Assembly (NCBI GenBank): GCA_046563655.1
Contig: CM102289.1
Span: 7,254,001 to 7,318,000, forward strand
Direction: 5' to 3'
Origin: Yuukianura sp. NJ FZ-2021
Lineage: Eukaryota
DNA: 64,000 nt
Below, piece by piece: positions 33,601-47,536 of the stretch. The position numbers and the translations under genes were made by a program. How positions within the stretch are numbered: the stretch's first letter is position 1; every line of letters starts with the position of its first letter. Under the pieces are notes generated by a model that had not been told where the DNA came from, searched no databases, and worked only from the letters and a program-made list of their open reading frames with translations.

Positions 33601-36600
33601 GAAGTTAACAGTTGTGCGTGGGCGTTTCATAAATATTTGCCAAAAAATGAAATTAGCATTTTCAAACCCATTTTCACACACCAGCGGCACAACCGTTCAA
33701 AACGTTCCATGACCAACGGAAGTTTGTTTAATATGTGGAGTCATATTCACTTACTGGGCTACAAAACTGTGTCCTAGAGCTTGACGGTAACGGTTGTTGA
33801 TTCTCGACATTGGAACTGGAAGATGTACTGGGACTAGAGAGTTGAGCTGCTGTCATGGCAACCGAACCTTTGTTTTCACTAAAGTTCGAATTTCCCATGC
33901 ATCCATTAGGCAAGAGAGTCGGATTTTCGGAAGTCGAAGTAGAAGCTGCTTGTTGTTGGTTCAGAGGACTCTGTAACACAAAACAATTTTGAAAACAAAA
34001 TAAAAATTTCTATTAAAAGAAAGTCTTGTTATCTGTTAAAAAATGTGAAAAAAAGACAATGTACAAGTTGAAATTTCATGTAAAAAAAAAGTTGAAACAG
34101 CTAGCTTGAATGTCTCAAAATGAAACTATGTCCAACGACTCGTAACATTTTAATTCTATTTCACACGCACGGAAAGGCAAATTTTCGACAATTTTCAGCT
34201 TTTTGAATTTTCCAAACTAAAAAAACTCAGTTTAGAGTACAACTTCATTAGAGCACAAAAATTGCATGCTTTATTTGTTTTTATCTGAAATCTCACTTGA
34301 AAGCTTTTAGTACTTTTTTTAGTACAGCTTAGTACCACAGGGTGTCTTCATTTTTTAAAAAATTAAACAAAATTTTTGGAGTATCTTTCCGTTTTCGTTT
34401 TTTTCTCCCTAAAAAAGAAAAGTAAAATCAAATTTGATGTCAAAATGTATAAGGCTCTGAGGGAGTTAAATTGTGCATGAATCTTTTTCTTTCAAATTAC
34501 TCTTGCCATTCTGTAACCATAGGCAGACTTGCTCTTATATGAAAACGCAGAGAAAGCATGGGAAATTTTCAACAAAAGTTCAGCATTCCCAGTTTCTTTT
34601 TTCTTCTAATAAGTTTTTCTAGGCTTCCAAGTTCTTTTTTCCTTTTTTGAATTTTCCCTCCTTATACTTTCACTCTCGGCATCTTATTTATGCAGAAGGT
34701 CGTAAACTGAGATAGAGGAACTACTTATGTCATTCTAAAGGCGCCCATTCACTACAGGATTTTCTGTGCTTTGGCCCTCCTCTGTCGCTTTTCTCATCGA
34801 ATTCGGATTTCTGTTGGTCCTAAAATTCTCATTTGCACTCCACAGATCTTCAGCGGCAAAGAAACTTCTTTGTCATCACTTCCACTTTCTCGAGAGCATC
34901 CCCAGATAATAAAACGAAACAAAGTTTACACACTACCAAATACGACTACATAGACTGTTTTGTGCTGGATTTAGAAATTTTGCAGAGGTGAAGCTATAAC
35001 GCTCGTTCTTGTCTCCATTCCAGCAGAAAAGTTCATAAAATGAAAACAGCGCCCGGAATTGGTCAAATTACGACGTGGGTAATAGAGAAAAGCGGGAAGA
35101 ACAAACAGGCCTTTGAAGAATAAAAGGAACCACAGAGTAACGTCTGTTCTTGAGTTCTGCCCAATTGTAAAAACAGAGAGACAAAAACATGAGTTTACAA
35201 AAGAAAATGGGAAGTTGTTGGGAAGATTTTCAACGGTTTTCACCAAAAACTTTTCAATTGGAAAACAAGTGTTTGAGCCTATTCCAATTAAACCTCTACT
35301 CTTTAATTGAAAATTAAACCCAAATCTTCTAAAGCTGTTTACTAGAAAAAAAAATAATCAAACTCAACGAAATTGGTTTTTGCAACATCGCACAAACTGC
35401 GCAACAGCGCACAAACTGCGCAACAGCGCACAAACTGCGCAACAGCGCACAAACTGCGCAACAGCGCACAAACGGCGCAACAGCGCACAAACTGCGCAAC
35501 AGCGCACAAACTGCGCAACAGCGCACAAACTGCGCAACAGCGCACAAACTGCGCAACAGCGCACAAACTGCGCAACAGCGCACAAACTGCGCAACAGCGC
35601 ACAAACTGCGCAACAGCGCACAAACTGCGCAACAGCGCACAAACTGACCGTTTACCAGAAATCTTACGGTACTGGGGGAGGCGCCTACTACCAATCCTCC
35701 AATAGTGATTTTTTCCCTTATTTAGAGAATCCACTATATAATTTGTCAAGTGAATAAAAAATCAAGTAAGAAAGGAATTGAGTAATAATTTGTTCGTCGC
35801 ATTTATCAAGCCACTCGAGAACAAAAGTTTTGTGTTGTTATCGACGTAGTGTTTTTGTGGATAGCCATTTTGCAGTCGTTCCATAAAATACACTAAAGCA
35901 CCCAACCACACCCAAGAAGGCAAAGATCACTTGGAACAAGTTATGTTACATTGGATCCAGATTGTGTAGTAAGAGTGTAAGATAAGAAGAACCAAGTTAG
36001 TAGTGTGATAAACCATTGGGGAAAGTCTTGGAAGGGAGTAAGACAAGTGAAAGTCAGTGCAAAGGAGAGCAATAGTCGTAAAGCAGATGTTGACTCACTA
36101 CTTTCTCTACTTTGAGAGGAAACGCCTTTAAATGTGGGCATTTTGAGTCCTTAAGCGTCAAATCCTTCATTCTTTTTTCTTCAAAGTGCTAAAGACTAAA
36201 AATCTTTGCGAACATTACACTACCTTTGCTACACTGTAGCAGAAGTCGTTGAGAATGGATTTGAGAATGGTTTTTTTTAGAATGCTTTTTTTTTTTTTGA
36301 AAATAGCATTTTGTGAAAAAGTATTTCGAAAGCGAGCGTTGTGGCAAGATAAAGAATCTGCATTCCCTGGCAGTCCTTACTTTTCCAATTCAAATTCCAA
36401 CTCGGGCGTCCTTGTTTACTCTCTTTTTTTTGGTTTTGAATTTACACACAATTCAGAACGGAATTTGAAATCAGAGCGGAAGTGAAAGCAGGTGAAATCC
36501 TTGACAGAGGATATTGGATAGGCTGACACGGACAGATTTGGGTTTGGAAACGAGAATGTGAAAACCTATCGTAAGGAGGCGGATCACATTTCCTACGGTA

Positions 36601-37708
36601 GTGGAGGAACGCTGCATGCTAACGCCGTTTCCACGTACATTCAACCCAGCCTGGGCCATTGAAATCATAATAAATTTCAACTTAACATTCCGCCCAGGTC
36701 AACAAAAAGGAGCGAATCTGACAACAAACCTACCATAGACTGAAAAAATAACATAACAAAACATAACCAAGGCTACCACACTTGAAAAAGAAGCTAAAGA
36801 TTTTACTCGAAAAAAGTATTTTTTTGGTTACTCGACTTATACAACGAGACGTGAAGTAGTGGAATACTGCGCTATTTAAACAAAAATTGGATGCGAAAGT
36901 CTTCAGTTGTCACCTTAGTTTAAAAAAATTAAAATTTTTAGTCTAAATTTGTTCGAGTTCTTGGAAACACTTTAGAACTTTAGTTATGATCGGAAATACA
37001 ATTAGCTTTAATTCTCTTACTCTCTTTGGCATAAAAGCTTTCAAAAGTTATTGGATTTGGGACAGGCTCTTAAATGCTTTATGAGAAAGATGACTTTAGT
37101 CGGAAGGAAAATCATAAATTAGATTTCACTGCGTCAAATTTAGTATACTTGGGCCTTCGTCACTCAACTTTCTCCAAAATGAAATTCAAAAGCTACAAAT
37201 CCAATTCATCTTTCAACTTCTGCCTGGAAAATTAATGACAGTGACTTTGATCCATTTAAGTTAAAAAAGTACAAGAGAGCATTTATTAGAATTTCATTCA
37301 AAGTTAATAGAAAAGTCAGTCTTTGATGCAGAAAATTGAAAACCGTGCATGCACCTCGTTTTTCACCAAATCGTTTTTCCTTTTCTTCTTTCTTGAAATG
37401 CCATCATCTCGTTTTAGATAAAAATCTGGAAGATTTTTTATGAACTATTTTTATTGCCCAACTTCAAGATTTTTCAGAGTCCATAAGAGCAACGGAAGTA
37501 AGAAAAAAGTTTTCCAGTTTTTTTAAAACTGGTTTGTAGAATGTGAATACTTAAGTTTTCTAATCGCATGAATATAAATGTGACAATTGTTTCAAGTGTG
37601 TTACACACTCGAAACTTAACGCTTCAACAAAAAACTTTAGAAAAAAATTGACTGTACCTTAGGTCTCCTCGCACGCTGAATTTTTCTAGCAAAGTAGTAC
37701 ATGGCCAT
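21615..37708 (-). CDS. RASGEF1: Ras-GEF domain-containing family member 1 (REM + CDC25 domains)
   Basis: Approximate exons 37658-37708 (putative first), 33753-33971, 32832-33075, 30617-30802, 28713-28835, 26607-26711, 25615-25815, 24345-24488, 23510-23599, 22568-22742, 22243-22395, 21615-21778. Motifs: 'GSLDTLIRHLVPTETHYPDRAFTFAFLLASRL', 'EWTELFPYDFRDERMM', 'LAQQLTHLELGRLAFVGPQEFVQ', 'WIETARECFNIGNFNSLMAII', 'VPFMSLFVKD', 'LPNGQINFPKFWQLAKQV', 'LFLASYACE'. The start codon is uncertain. Confidence 0.9.
35389..35646. repeat. Minisatellite, 19-bp unit CGCACAAACTGCGCAACAG, ~13.5 copies, inside a RasGEF1 intron
   Basis: Direct head-to-tail repeats with one T>G variant near 35474 and no spacers. 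It explains the repetitive ORFs at 35329-35757. Confidence 0.95.
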
Positions 37709-40700
37709 TGATGAAGTGACTGTCGTAATGATAATTTGACACTGGAGGAAAAAAAGACGCTGAAATTGCTCAAGTGTTCAAATCGCTGAGGACGCTGCAG
37801 TTCGTTTTACTTTAACTTTGCTGGACAGAACTAAGGACTCAGCATTCGAAACTTTGTTCCTTTTGCAACTTGAAACTCCTGTGTAGAACAAGGTAAAAAA
37901 TCGCGATTTTCGCTAGAAAACTCGCGAGTTTTCAGTAGTCATAAAAGAGCAAAACAGAAAGAGAAAGTAGTGTGTCTCCTGATCCCAATCCAACTTTCCT
38001 CTTCCATCTTTACGTTAGGATTTGATATGTCACTTCCTCCTTTCATCTTTCCACTTTTGGAGTCCCTTAAGGGGGCGGGGTAGAAAACTTGTCTTTTTAG
38101 TTATTGCTTAGGGGGCCCTTAAGACAACGCTTAAGTCATGCTGCATCCCCACCAGCTGCCACTGACACTTCTGGAGCACTTAACACCTTTGAATTTAAAG
38201 CCTCCCTTACACATTTTGCATAGTAAAACTTGCTACGCTTTTACTTTGTTCAAAAACTGGCTTTCTCTGGAATTCCAGACTTCAACTTTTAATTTTCCAA
38301 TTTGGTTAAAATCTTACTGTTTTTGAGTTTTAGATGAAAGGCGACAATGTCGCTAATTAAATTTCGGTAATTTATGAAATGGAAATGTGTGTGTCTAAAA
38401 GTCTGTGTTTTGTGGAACTCAAAATCACTTTCACTTTAACCTAAAACAGTTTCGCTTGAACTTTTCCGCCGAACAACACTTCGCAACTTTCAACCCATTT
38501 TGGTCCAAGTTGTTAACTAGTTTTCCTTTTATGATCATGGAGAGTTTTCCACTTCAAAGTAAATAAAGTGCGGGAGTTTTTGAGTCAATAGGGAGCGGTG
38601 ACGAAGAGTTTGGTTCTGTTGTGTGTAAGTGAAAGTCACGCAGCGGTAAAACTGGATTTGAAGTTGAATGTTTATGGGGCTTGAGGGAAGACGACAGAAG
38701 AAGAGATGAAGGGTTTTGGCGTCCTTTCGGTTCAGTTTCCTTTGACTTTCTCAGTTTTCGGATTTTGGGAACCCAGAAAAGTGGTATCAGGGTGAAAGTA
38801 ATCACGTTGAACAAGGTTTTTGGCTACAGGCTTTGCGTCGACTCACTAACTCTTTTACTCGAAAAAGAAGAGCGAACAAAGATCTAGTAATGCTACTGAA
38901 ACTTGGCCAACTTACAGAAAATCTCCAAATTTGGAACAGTGAAGTATTTATTTCTGCAGCTTAGGTTAGGTCAAGGGAAAGTAAACCAACATTAGAAACA
39001 AAAGAATTTTACGAGGTTTAGCGTCTATTTGAAACTTTACGGTGCACTTCAAGGTGAGATCGTGACACTTTTACCTTGACATTCCCCAATTGGTCCCTTG
39101 ACTTCTAAAATTGATGAGACTTGGCAAAAATAATGGATCCCTGCAGTCTCCTTGGGATAGCGCGTGGCTTAACGAAATTGAATTTCAATCACATACGGAA
39201 AAGTGCCGGCTTTTTTCAAACAAAATTTCTAAAACTTTCAAAGTTTTCATATTAAAGGAGATTGTAAGTTGAATTTATTCTTGCACTGTTTTCACCACAT
39301 CTATTTCGCGGTTTTGTGGATCCATTTGGTTAAGACAGAAAATTTAAGGCAATTTTATGTATGAAAAGTTAATCGAAAACGAGGAAAGTTATGAATATAA
39401 CTTTTGCGGTATGTAAAAAGTTTCAAATTTGGAAAAATGGATTTTGAGATTATCTAGGTGAAAGTAGAAAGAAGGTTTCCAGTTGAATTTCCCCACACTT
39501 TTACTTTTCGTAATCCAATACCAATCCTCTTTCTACGCACTTTTTTCTCCTTTCATTCAAAGAAGTTGAACCTTAAGCACAGCAGGAGAGCGATGAAAAT
39601 GGGTGTAAACTTTTTTCTCCCAAGTCTTCAAACGCCTTATTTTAAAACTCCCTCCGTTTACTCAAAGCCTCACTTTCTCTCACAACTGAAACTCTTTTCC
39701 TATTTTCTCTTTTTCCATTTTAAACTTTTTTCAGCCGCATTTTTCTTTACGCTGTTTCAAAATAAGTGAAAATCTGTGGGAACCTCATTTGGAAAAGAAA
39801 ACTGGCGAAAATTCTATTCTTTTGTGCCAGATAAACACAGTTACGCAGCAAAAAAATGAAATTCATAGTTCAAATCTGTGAGTTCTATAAAATCCATAGG
39901 GAAATGAAGTAGAAACGTCGTGATACTTCTCCAGTGCATTTTTTGTTGTTTCTCTCAAAACACGACAATGCCTCGGAAGCGCTTTTGGGAAACTACAGAA
40001 GCGATTTGAAAGCGCGTGTCAAGTGCCTCCCTTTTACTGAAGAAAGCAAAGAGCAGTAGGCCATTAGTAGCTAGAAATTAACAAAATTGAATTGTCTCAA
40101 AAAGCGCTCTTCGCATGTCAACTCTGTCTCAAAAATATCGCATGTTGTTTTTTTACTTTCTCCCGCTTTTTCTGCCATTTCGAAAAGGAAAGCCCAACAA
40201 AATGTTGTAATTTCTCTGATTCGTTTTTCTGACCTTTCGCATCTAATCTGATGGGAAAGTAAGTCGCGAGTTCGAGTTGCCTCCAAATTCTCATCGAACA
40301 GAAAAAAATCAAACCTACCCGGAGAAAGTGAAAAAAGACGTATGAAATGGTTGATTGGATTGAAAAGAGAGAAAGTTGATTGCTTGCCAGACGGATGGAA
40401 TGGAAGAATGGGGCTTGGTTGTTCGTAAAGTACAATAGAAAAGATAGATCTGAGTTGAAAAGCATCTGCTTTTCGGTTTGAATTATGCTACGAGTCGTGA
40501 AAATGGACACTGGACAATTGGACTTTGGATTCGAATCAGAAAACCAACTGACTTGAAAAGTTGGCTGGAGAGACTGAAATCCCCAAGCATAAATGCATAA
40601 ACAAGTGACAAAGAAGCGGTAGAATTTCAATTCCATGGCGAACACAACTTTACAACTTCCGAATCCCGTAGTACCACCATACTAGTTGAACAATGCGCGA

Positions 40701-42250
40701 AATGTTCAATCCTTTGCCGCCACACTTTTCAAGGAAAATTTCAACTTCTCGTCCAAAATTTGGAAAAACGAGTAAAAAAAGGAAAGTGATTGGTCCAAAA
40801 AAATGGCTTAGTGGTGGATTTTTGGTCGAACGATATGTAAATAGATCGGAGGGATAAAGATAAAAGCGCGCCAAAAAGTTTGCATTTTCCAAATTTTGTG
40901 CGTAGCTTGGGAGAAAGTTATTTACATATCTTTACGACAGAGAGTAGCTCAAGAGAGGTTTAGGAGAGGCTAAAAATAATGACATATTTTGATCTTTTAT
41001 TCAAAAACAAGGCGGGAAACTCACTTTCATGTTTTCCCGCCGCTGATTTTCAAAATCTGCTTAGGCTCGTTAGTTATAAAACTACACCTGAGATGCGTGA
41101 GGTACAAAAGTTTAGTACAGAACATTTCCAATCTGGAGAAAGTTATGGTTATTTTTAGGTTAGGTGATTATAGTGAAAGTGAAAGTTTTAAAAAATATGG
41201 CAACTTTCTGTCGTGTTGTAAAGGATGAAGTGGAAATAGTAGGCAAAAACAGTCTCAAAATTTTTTAAATTTAAAAAAAGTAATTTATTTCTGGGACCAC
41301 CTACTTTGATATGATTGGATTTCCGTTTTCTCCTGTTACTTTTTTTCTGAAAAAAAAAATGTGTTTAAAGAAATGAGTTTGGGAAAAGAAGAAAGTTTTT
41401 CCCATTTGTCCAGGATTTTAAAGATAAAATCCAAACCTGACTGCGGAAAGAGGAACCAGAAGAGAAAGTCATCTGTCACGAAATTGCTTTGGAGAAAAAC
41501 GCACCAGGGAATTCTTAACTTTTCAAATTTTGGTGCTTACTTTTTTCGTCGAAAGCGGTCATGTCTTCACTTCAAATCGACGAAACTACTTCAATCTTCA
41601 GACTCAACTGTAGCCAGCTCTAAGCTTAGAAGTAAACACAATTATTGTAAAAAAAAAAGATTGAGACATTGTTATGTTTACTTCGCTTAGTTTTTTTTCT
41701 ACAGAATTTGCTTTATACTTCACCTCACTATGCATAGCAATGCGTTAGTTAGTTCTACATTTTTTCAAAAATTTTCAGCATTTTTTGAAATCCGTCTCGG
41801 TTTACCAAAATTTTCTGAAATTTCTTACGAGGGCTTTATTCTTGAGAACTTTTTCTTGTAATGCATAACCGTAACAGATTGAGTCTGCACTTGCGCAACA
41901 ACATCCAGGTTTTAGCTCGTAATGAAAAGCTTATGGAAAAGTTTTGTGCGTAAAGGGTATTAAATGACCGGTTGGACAAGATTATAGTGTTAACCTTAGC
42001 CGTCCTAGAAACAAGATCTTAGCATTGCGTTTTCTGTTTTGTTCTTATGAAGATTAATCTTGGCCTTGACTCCCCAGAGTGCAGAGTCCATTAATTATCG
42101 CCTCCTCCCAACAACTTTTTGTTCAAAAACATTCCAATCAACAGAAATCACTCAGTCTAGAAACAGAAAAATCGTTTAAAAAAAATAGTGCAAGTCGATT
42201 ATGTGATATCAAATAGTCAAAATTTAGACAACCAAAACAGAAAACAGAAA

Positions 42251-44006
42251 ATGAGTTCACATAAAGAATCTTCTTGTCCAGGTATTTGGAAATATCCGAC
42301 GGACAGAGTCACTCCGTTCAGAACTCCATTTGAATGGCTTCAAGGTAAAAAAAATATGATTTTTAGATAGTGTTAGTTTCTTAGTATTAAGATTTCCTGT
42401 AATAAATTCACTTCTTGTAGCAAAAAAGAGAGACGATGACATTGGCTTGCTTTGGAGAGTTCATGATAAATTATACGACCTGACATCGTTTATTCCGATC
42501 CATCCAGGGTGAAAACAGATAATTCATATTGGAAATAGACAACTTTTTTAAAAGTATATTTTGAATTTAGCGGTTCGGAATGGATCAGAATGACTCAGGG
42601 ATTGGACGTCACAGAAGCTTTCGAAGCACATCATGTTGTGAGGCACGAAGAAGTGGAGGGCATTTTGAAAAAGTACTTCGTTCAAGATGCACTTTCTCCC
42701 CGAAATTCACCTTATACATTCAAACCTAATGGATTTTATAAAACTTTGAAAAGGACAGTTGAACCTGTTCTAAAGGCAAGAAAAATAGTATTTCATTTCT
42801 TTAATACAGATTTTTTTATAGTTTAGAAAAAAAAATTTTTTTTAATTTTTTCTTAGAAAGTTGGAACAGGTCCATCCAGGAAAATCGTCCTCATGCAAGA
42901 TGGACTTGTTTTACTTTTTGTAATCCTGTCTTTGATTGGAGCTTGGAGAGGGTCAATGACCTTGGGCATTTTGGCGGGAATTATTTTGACCATGGCAGCC
43001 AATGGAGCACACAATTTTATTCATCTTAAAGAAAACTGGAGGAAGAATTACATGGATTTTAGTCTCCAGTCTTCATTTGACTGGAGAATTAATCACATTT
43101 TGAGCCATCACTTGTATCCCAACACAGTTCTCGTGAGAATTTTCAAGATTATGAAACTTTGTGTCGAAATTTTTTAAAAATTTACTTTCTGTTCTAAAAT
43201 CTAGGATTCGGAAATGTCCCTTGTGGAACCAATTTTTGATTTCAAAGTTTCCAGCCAAAAAGTTTGGATTCAAAAATATCTTCCAGTGATCTACGCGCTT
43301 CCGTTCTTTTTGTTCCTGATTTGGTTTGGATACTTTTCAAGATGGCGGAACATTATCAAGGGGATTCAGCCATTCCGTGTGCAGGAGTTGATCGTCCTAA
43401 CGCAACTTTTGATGTACTGTTTAATGGCGGGGAATTTACTACAAGGATTTGTGTTTTGGTGCCTCGTTCACACGTCTTGCTCCTTCTACTTTGGCCTGTT
43501 TTCTTTCACTGTCGCACATCATCATCCATCCATTTGGCACGACGGAGATGAAGCACGACCAGATCCGGACTTTGGGTAAAATAAATTTTCGAAATTTCAA
43601 AATTTTCAAAAGTGTCTTCCTTCTAGAAGGAAGGCGGATTCCAGAATAAGACAAGCTTCTGTCACCTGTCATCAAATGACTAATGGGTCAAATGTTATAT
43701 TTCAGTCTCTGTCAACTGGATGCAGTTAGAGAGCGATCTGACGTAATTTATGACAACCTATTCTTTGTCATGACACGCTACGGAGAGCACTCCCTACACC
43801 ATCTTTTCCCGTCAGTATGCCACTCAAAACTGTCAGTCCTTAAGCCAGTACTACTCAGCACACTGAGAAAATTTGAAGAGGAACTGCTCGCCTATCCAGA
43901 ATGGGAATTGTACCTGGGAACGTTCAAACAAATGCAAAAAACGGAAAAAAGTCAGTTCAGAAAACTTACAAAAGAAAATGAACGCCTCAAGGCATATGAC
44001 ATTTGA
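42251..44006 (+). CDS. Cyt-b5-r: Cytochrome b5-related protein (cytochrome b5 + fatty-acid-desaturase-like domain)
   Basis: Approximate exons 42251-42343, 42421-42508, 42571-42775, 42857-43132, 43205-43575, 43706-44006. Heme-binding '[41 protein letters not shown]'; His boxes 'AHNFIH', 'HILSHH', 'AHHHP', 'HSLHHLFP'. Confidence 0.9.
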
Positions 44007-45449
44007 TATTACATAAAAGGAACTTTTCGATGTAAAACGTTTCCAGAATTTTTGGCTCCAATTTTTCAAATTTTAGTTTCGGTTACCTTAATATCATCAT
44101 CAAAGTGTATTTTGAAAATTTTTAGTTTTCTCAACCTTCAAAATGGAGTGAAATTTTGAAACAGATTTGTTAGTGACTAAGGTAGTTGATTTTTATTTGA
44201 AAAGCAAAAAGTTAAATTAAAAGGTTTGAAGATTGGAGACATGTTGCTATAAACTTTCAAACTTTCGTTTCATTCTCTACTTTTGTTCTGTTGGTGAAAG
44301 AATAGGAGAAAGTGTTTTTTTTTCTAACTTTTTTTTTTCGAAAAAGTTCCACTTTTTCCATTATGTCTTTTCTTGGATCCTAAAGGAACGACTTTTGCTT
44401 TAACGTTGAAGTCTTCCTACGTTTCTAGTTTTCTTTATTATGTCGAGCTCCACATAAGATGTTGAGTCTAGCATAAGAATTCTTCGGGCACTGAAATTCC
44501 TGTTACTCCCTTCCCCCAAAAAAGAAGAAAGTTTTGTGAATAAGGATGGATGTGGAAGACAACAAAGGCAATTGTAACTAAACTTGCTTCTGAAGAAAAC
44601 TTACAACTTCTTTTTCGAAGGTTTTTTATTTTCTAGAATAGAAATGAACAATGGAACGACAAAGTTGTCAAACACTTTTTCCTTCCAGTTGACGCGTTTG
44701 GAATTACTTACCGATGCAGTTACGTTGAACAAACAATTAAATCAAATCCTTCACTTGATCAGTATCGCGATCGTCGCTCATGAAAAGCAGCATCTCTCGG
44801 CCTAAAGTAAGCATCAGTGAATACGTTTTCAAATTTGACCACACACAATTTATTGAACTATAGAAACTATCCAGAGTTCATGTTGCAGCCAAGTATTTTC
44901 ATGCCAGAATAAAAGAAGCCTTCAGTCATGTGACCGGAATTCTTGCAACAAAAAGCGTTATATTTTAAACACTGCTATTAAAAGTTAGCGTTTACGAGAA
45001 ATCAATTTTTCCCGGGAAAGCAATCGAACTGTAGAGGTTTCCAGCGTTTGAAAAAAATATTGAGATCGATTTAGTTTTAAGCTTTCACTCTTTTCCTCCG
45101 TTTTTGTCAATGTTTTAAATAAATAAGAGGATTTTGACAAACCAGGCCAAAGCTATAATTGAACTCAAATATCCAGGACATGATAGAAACCAACCACTCC
45201 GAATTCGTTGAAAATTTTGTTTTGACATTCCAGTTGACTTGGATACCTACCGTAACTCATAAGTTGAACTAAAGACTGACATTGACGACAGACATTTCAA
45301 AAAGCGCTTGACAGTTCTGCTGAAACGGAGCTTCACTTCCTGAACTGCTGTCCACCTCAGTCAGTTCAATTTTGAATCATCACCGTACAACACTTAACGG
45401 AGTAAAAAATCCTTTGAATTTGAATTTTGCTTTCTAAATTGCAAAACAA

Positions 45450-46402
45450 ATGGAACCAAACAACAATCGACAAGATGCCACTGCAGCACTTTTTGGATTT
45501 CCAGCAACAAGTCGATCCAAACTAGAACAAACACTTTGTATTGTCAAACCAGATGCAATGGACAAGGTTGATGAAATTTTAGACGTTTTGCAACGAGAAG
45601 GTTTTAACATTTTACAGGTAACCAAATCAGTTAAACTTTTTACAAAAGTATTGCAAGTTGCAACCATGGACAAAATATTGAAAAGTTTTTGACGTTTTTG
45701 AAAATCAAGCTGTAATTTTCAGACGCGTCGCCTCCGTTTGGACAGACACCAAGCTGCAGAATTCTACCAGGATTTAAGCGACTCCCAAACTTTTGGAGAA
45801 GCTGTAGCTCACCTTTCCAGTGAAGAAATACTGGCAGTGCTCTTGTCTAGTCCAGGAGCAATTCAACATCTCAACGAACTTCTTGGACCAGAAACGTTTC
45901 AGGTATTAACTTATTCGGTCAATAAAACCTAAGATTTCGTTCTAAGAATTATTACTTTTTACTAAATAAAAAAAACTTACCAATCAATTCCTTGGTTTAA
46001 TCTTAAGCACCGTCAACAGTATCCAGGCTGTTTGCGAAATCGCTTTGGGACGACATACAGCGACGTGCAAAATGGTCTGCACGGATCAGCCAGTGAAAGT
46101 GACTCTCTGAGGGAACTTTACTTTTTCTTTCCCGAGCGTGAGCAGAGCATATTTCAAAAATTCTAACCATAATTCTTTCAAAATTTACTTACGATCAGTA
46201 AATACTCTACGACGATGTATTGTGCTCAGTTACAATTGAACCCATGATGGCTGACTGGATATCGTCTTACTACTCAAATGAAACTGTTCAGCCAATGCTT
46301 ACTGTTGGATTGTCGCAGTTAATGAAGGAAAAGCCAGAGAATCCATTGCTTTGGCTTGCGGATTGGTTAACAACCCATAATCCTAATGCTGGAAAACGAT
46401 AA
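45450..46402 (+). CDS. Nucleoside diphosphate kinase homolog with C-terminal Dpy-30 motif (NME5-like)
   Basis: Approximate exons 45450-45617, 45723-45902, 46008-46137, 46230-46402. Motifs 'EQTLCIVKPDA', 'PGCLRNRFG', 'NGLHGS', 'RELYFFFP', and Dpy-30-like 'VQPMLTVGLSQLMKEKPENPLLWLADWLTTHNPN'. Confidence 0.85.
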
Positions 46403-46870
46403 GCAAACACGCCTGTTAAAACTTCGTCTCAATTTGTGAGTTTGTTGCTGCGATTTCAAAATTCAATTGCCACAAAATATGAACTTTATTTCAATTCTTA
46501 GCGAATTCCAAATTTACCAAAATTGATTTTATATCGGTTGAGCAGTTCTATCCTGGTGGACCCTTTTACTTTGCAGTGGATGGACCTCCGCTCAACAGCG
46601 GCTTGGCTACTGGCATACCGTCCTGAAAATTAAACAAACTCCTTATAATTGAGTTGGATGCTCAAAGTTTAAAAATATAAGTGCTATAATAATTGTGTTA
46701 TAATTACACTTTGTTTAACTTGGGTTGGGTATAGGACACTACTTCAACGTTAGTTTAGGCTGCAGTACTCAGACGTTATTAAAATTTTAAGTGGAAAAGT
46801 GACCTACCGTTCTCGATCTACAGATTATTGTTATTTGCGGATCACATGCGAGATCCCATGCATTAATTAC

Positions 46871-47536
46871 TCAAAGTCCTCTAAATGGTGTCTCCTGTAT
46901 CTTTTATGCAATATATACGTTACAGTGAAACTGACTTGAAAAAAGCAATTTGAAATATACGTTTGTGACTCTTTTTTAAATTTGGGGTACTTACAACGTC
47001 TGGGAAGTAACCATTCTTAATAAGGTCCTCAACCGCTCCTCTGAACGCGCCAAGTGACACTAAAAATTACAAAAACACGCTTTATTTTTTTCCGTAAAAC
47101 CTATACGTCTTTAAAATCTTTGTGTTTAATTATTAAACACTGACGCATTCCAGGTGCAAACGTGAAACGAATCGTTTCTTCCACTTGATGGTCGCGGAGC
47201 TGGGTACGCATATCAGTAACGGATGAGAATGTACCGCACACTTCGAAAACGTTGTCGGCCAGTCTTTTCATTTTACACGGAGATTTGTCAATCGTGGTCA
47301 AATTCGCCACGAACTTGTTCGGATCTGCAAAATTCAGTTTTAAATATAGTGTAATAATTCATCACAATATTAAATATTGTTTTACCTTGAGCATTTCCGA
47401 AGCACAAATCCACACCATTAGTTTTTGATTTGAGAAGGTCACATCGGAGTAAATTGATCTCAGGATATCTAATGAATCTGCCTTCGAGAATTTCCAAGTT
47501 CAACAATTTAAAGTCTTTCGAATCATGGACGTCCAT
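46871..47536 (-). CDS. Small uncharacterised protein, paralog A (ends IQETPFRGL*)
   Basis: Exons ~47386-47536, 47145-47324, 46995-47059, 46871-46900 with intron phases 1,1,0. Similar in sequence and exon structure to the gene at 52734-53687. Confidence 0.65.

Noticed and set aside
35329..35757. Multiple overlapping repetitive ORFs; possible CRISPR-like array
   Set aside because: These are artefacts of a 19-bp tandem repeat with no stop codons. There are no unique spacers or cas genes, and the context is eukaryotic.
26800..42000. Many short 60-175 aa ORFs (e.g. 40118-40645, 28805-29158)
   Set aside because: Phe/Lys/Leu-biased translations of AT-rich intronic or intergenic DNA with no motifs. 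Only the RasGEF1 exons are supported.
46850..46873. Selenocysteine recoding of the conserved TGA in the TPFRGL paralogs
   Set aside because: No SECIS element recognised, and paralog B reaches TAA five codons after its TGA.
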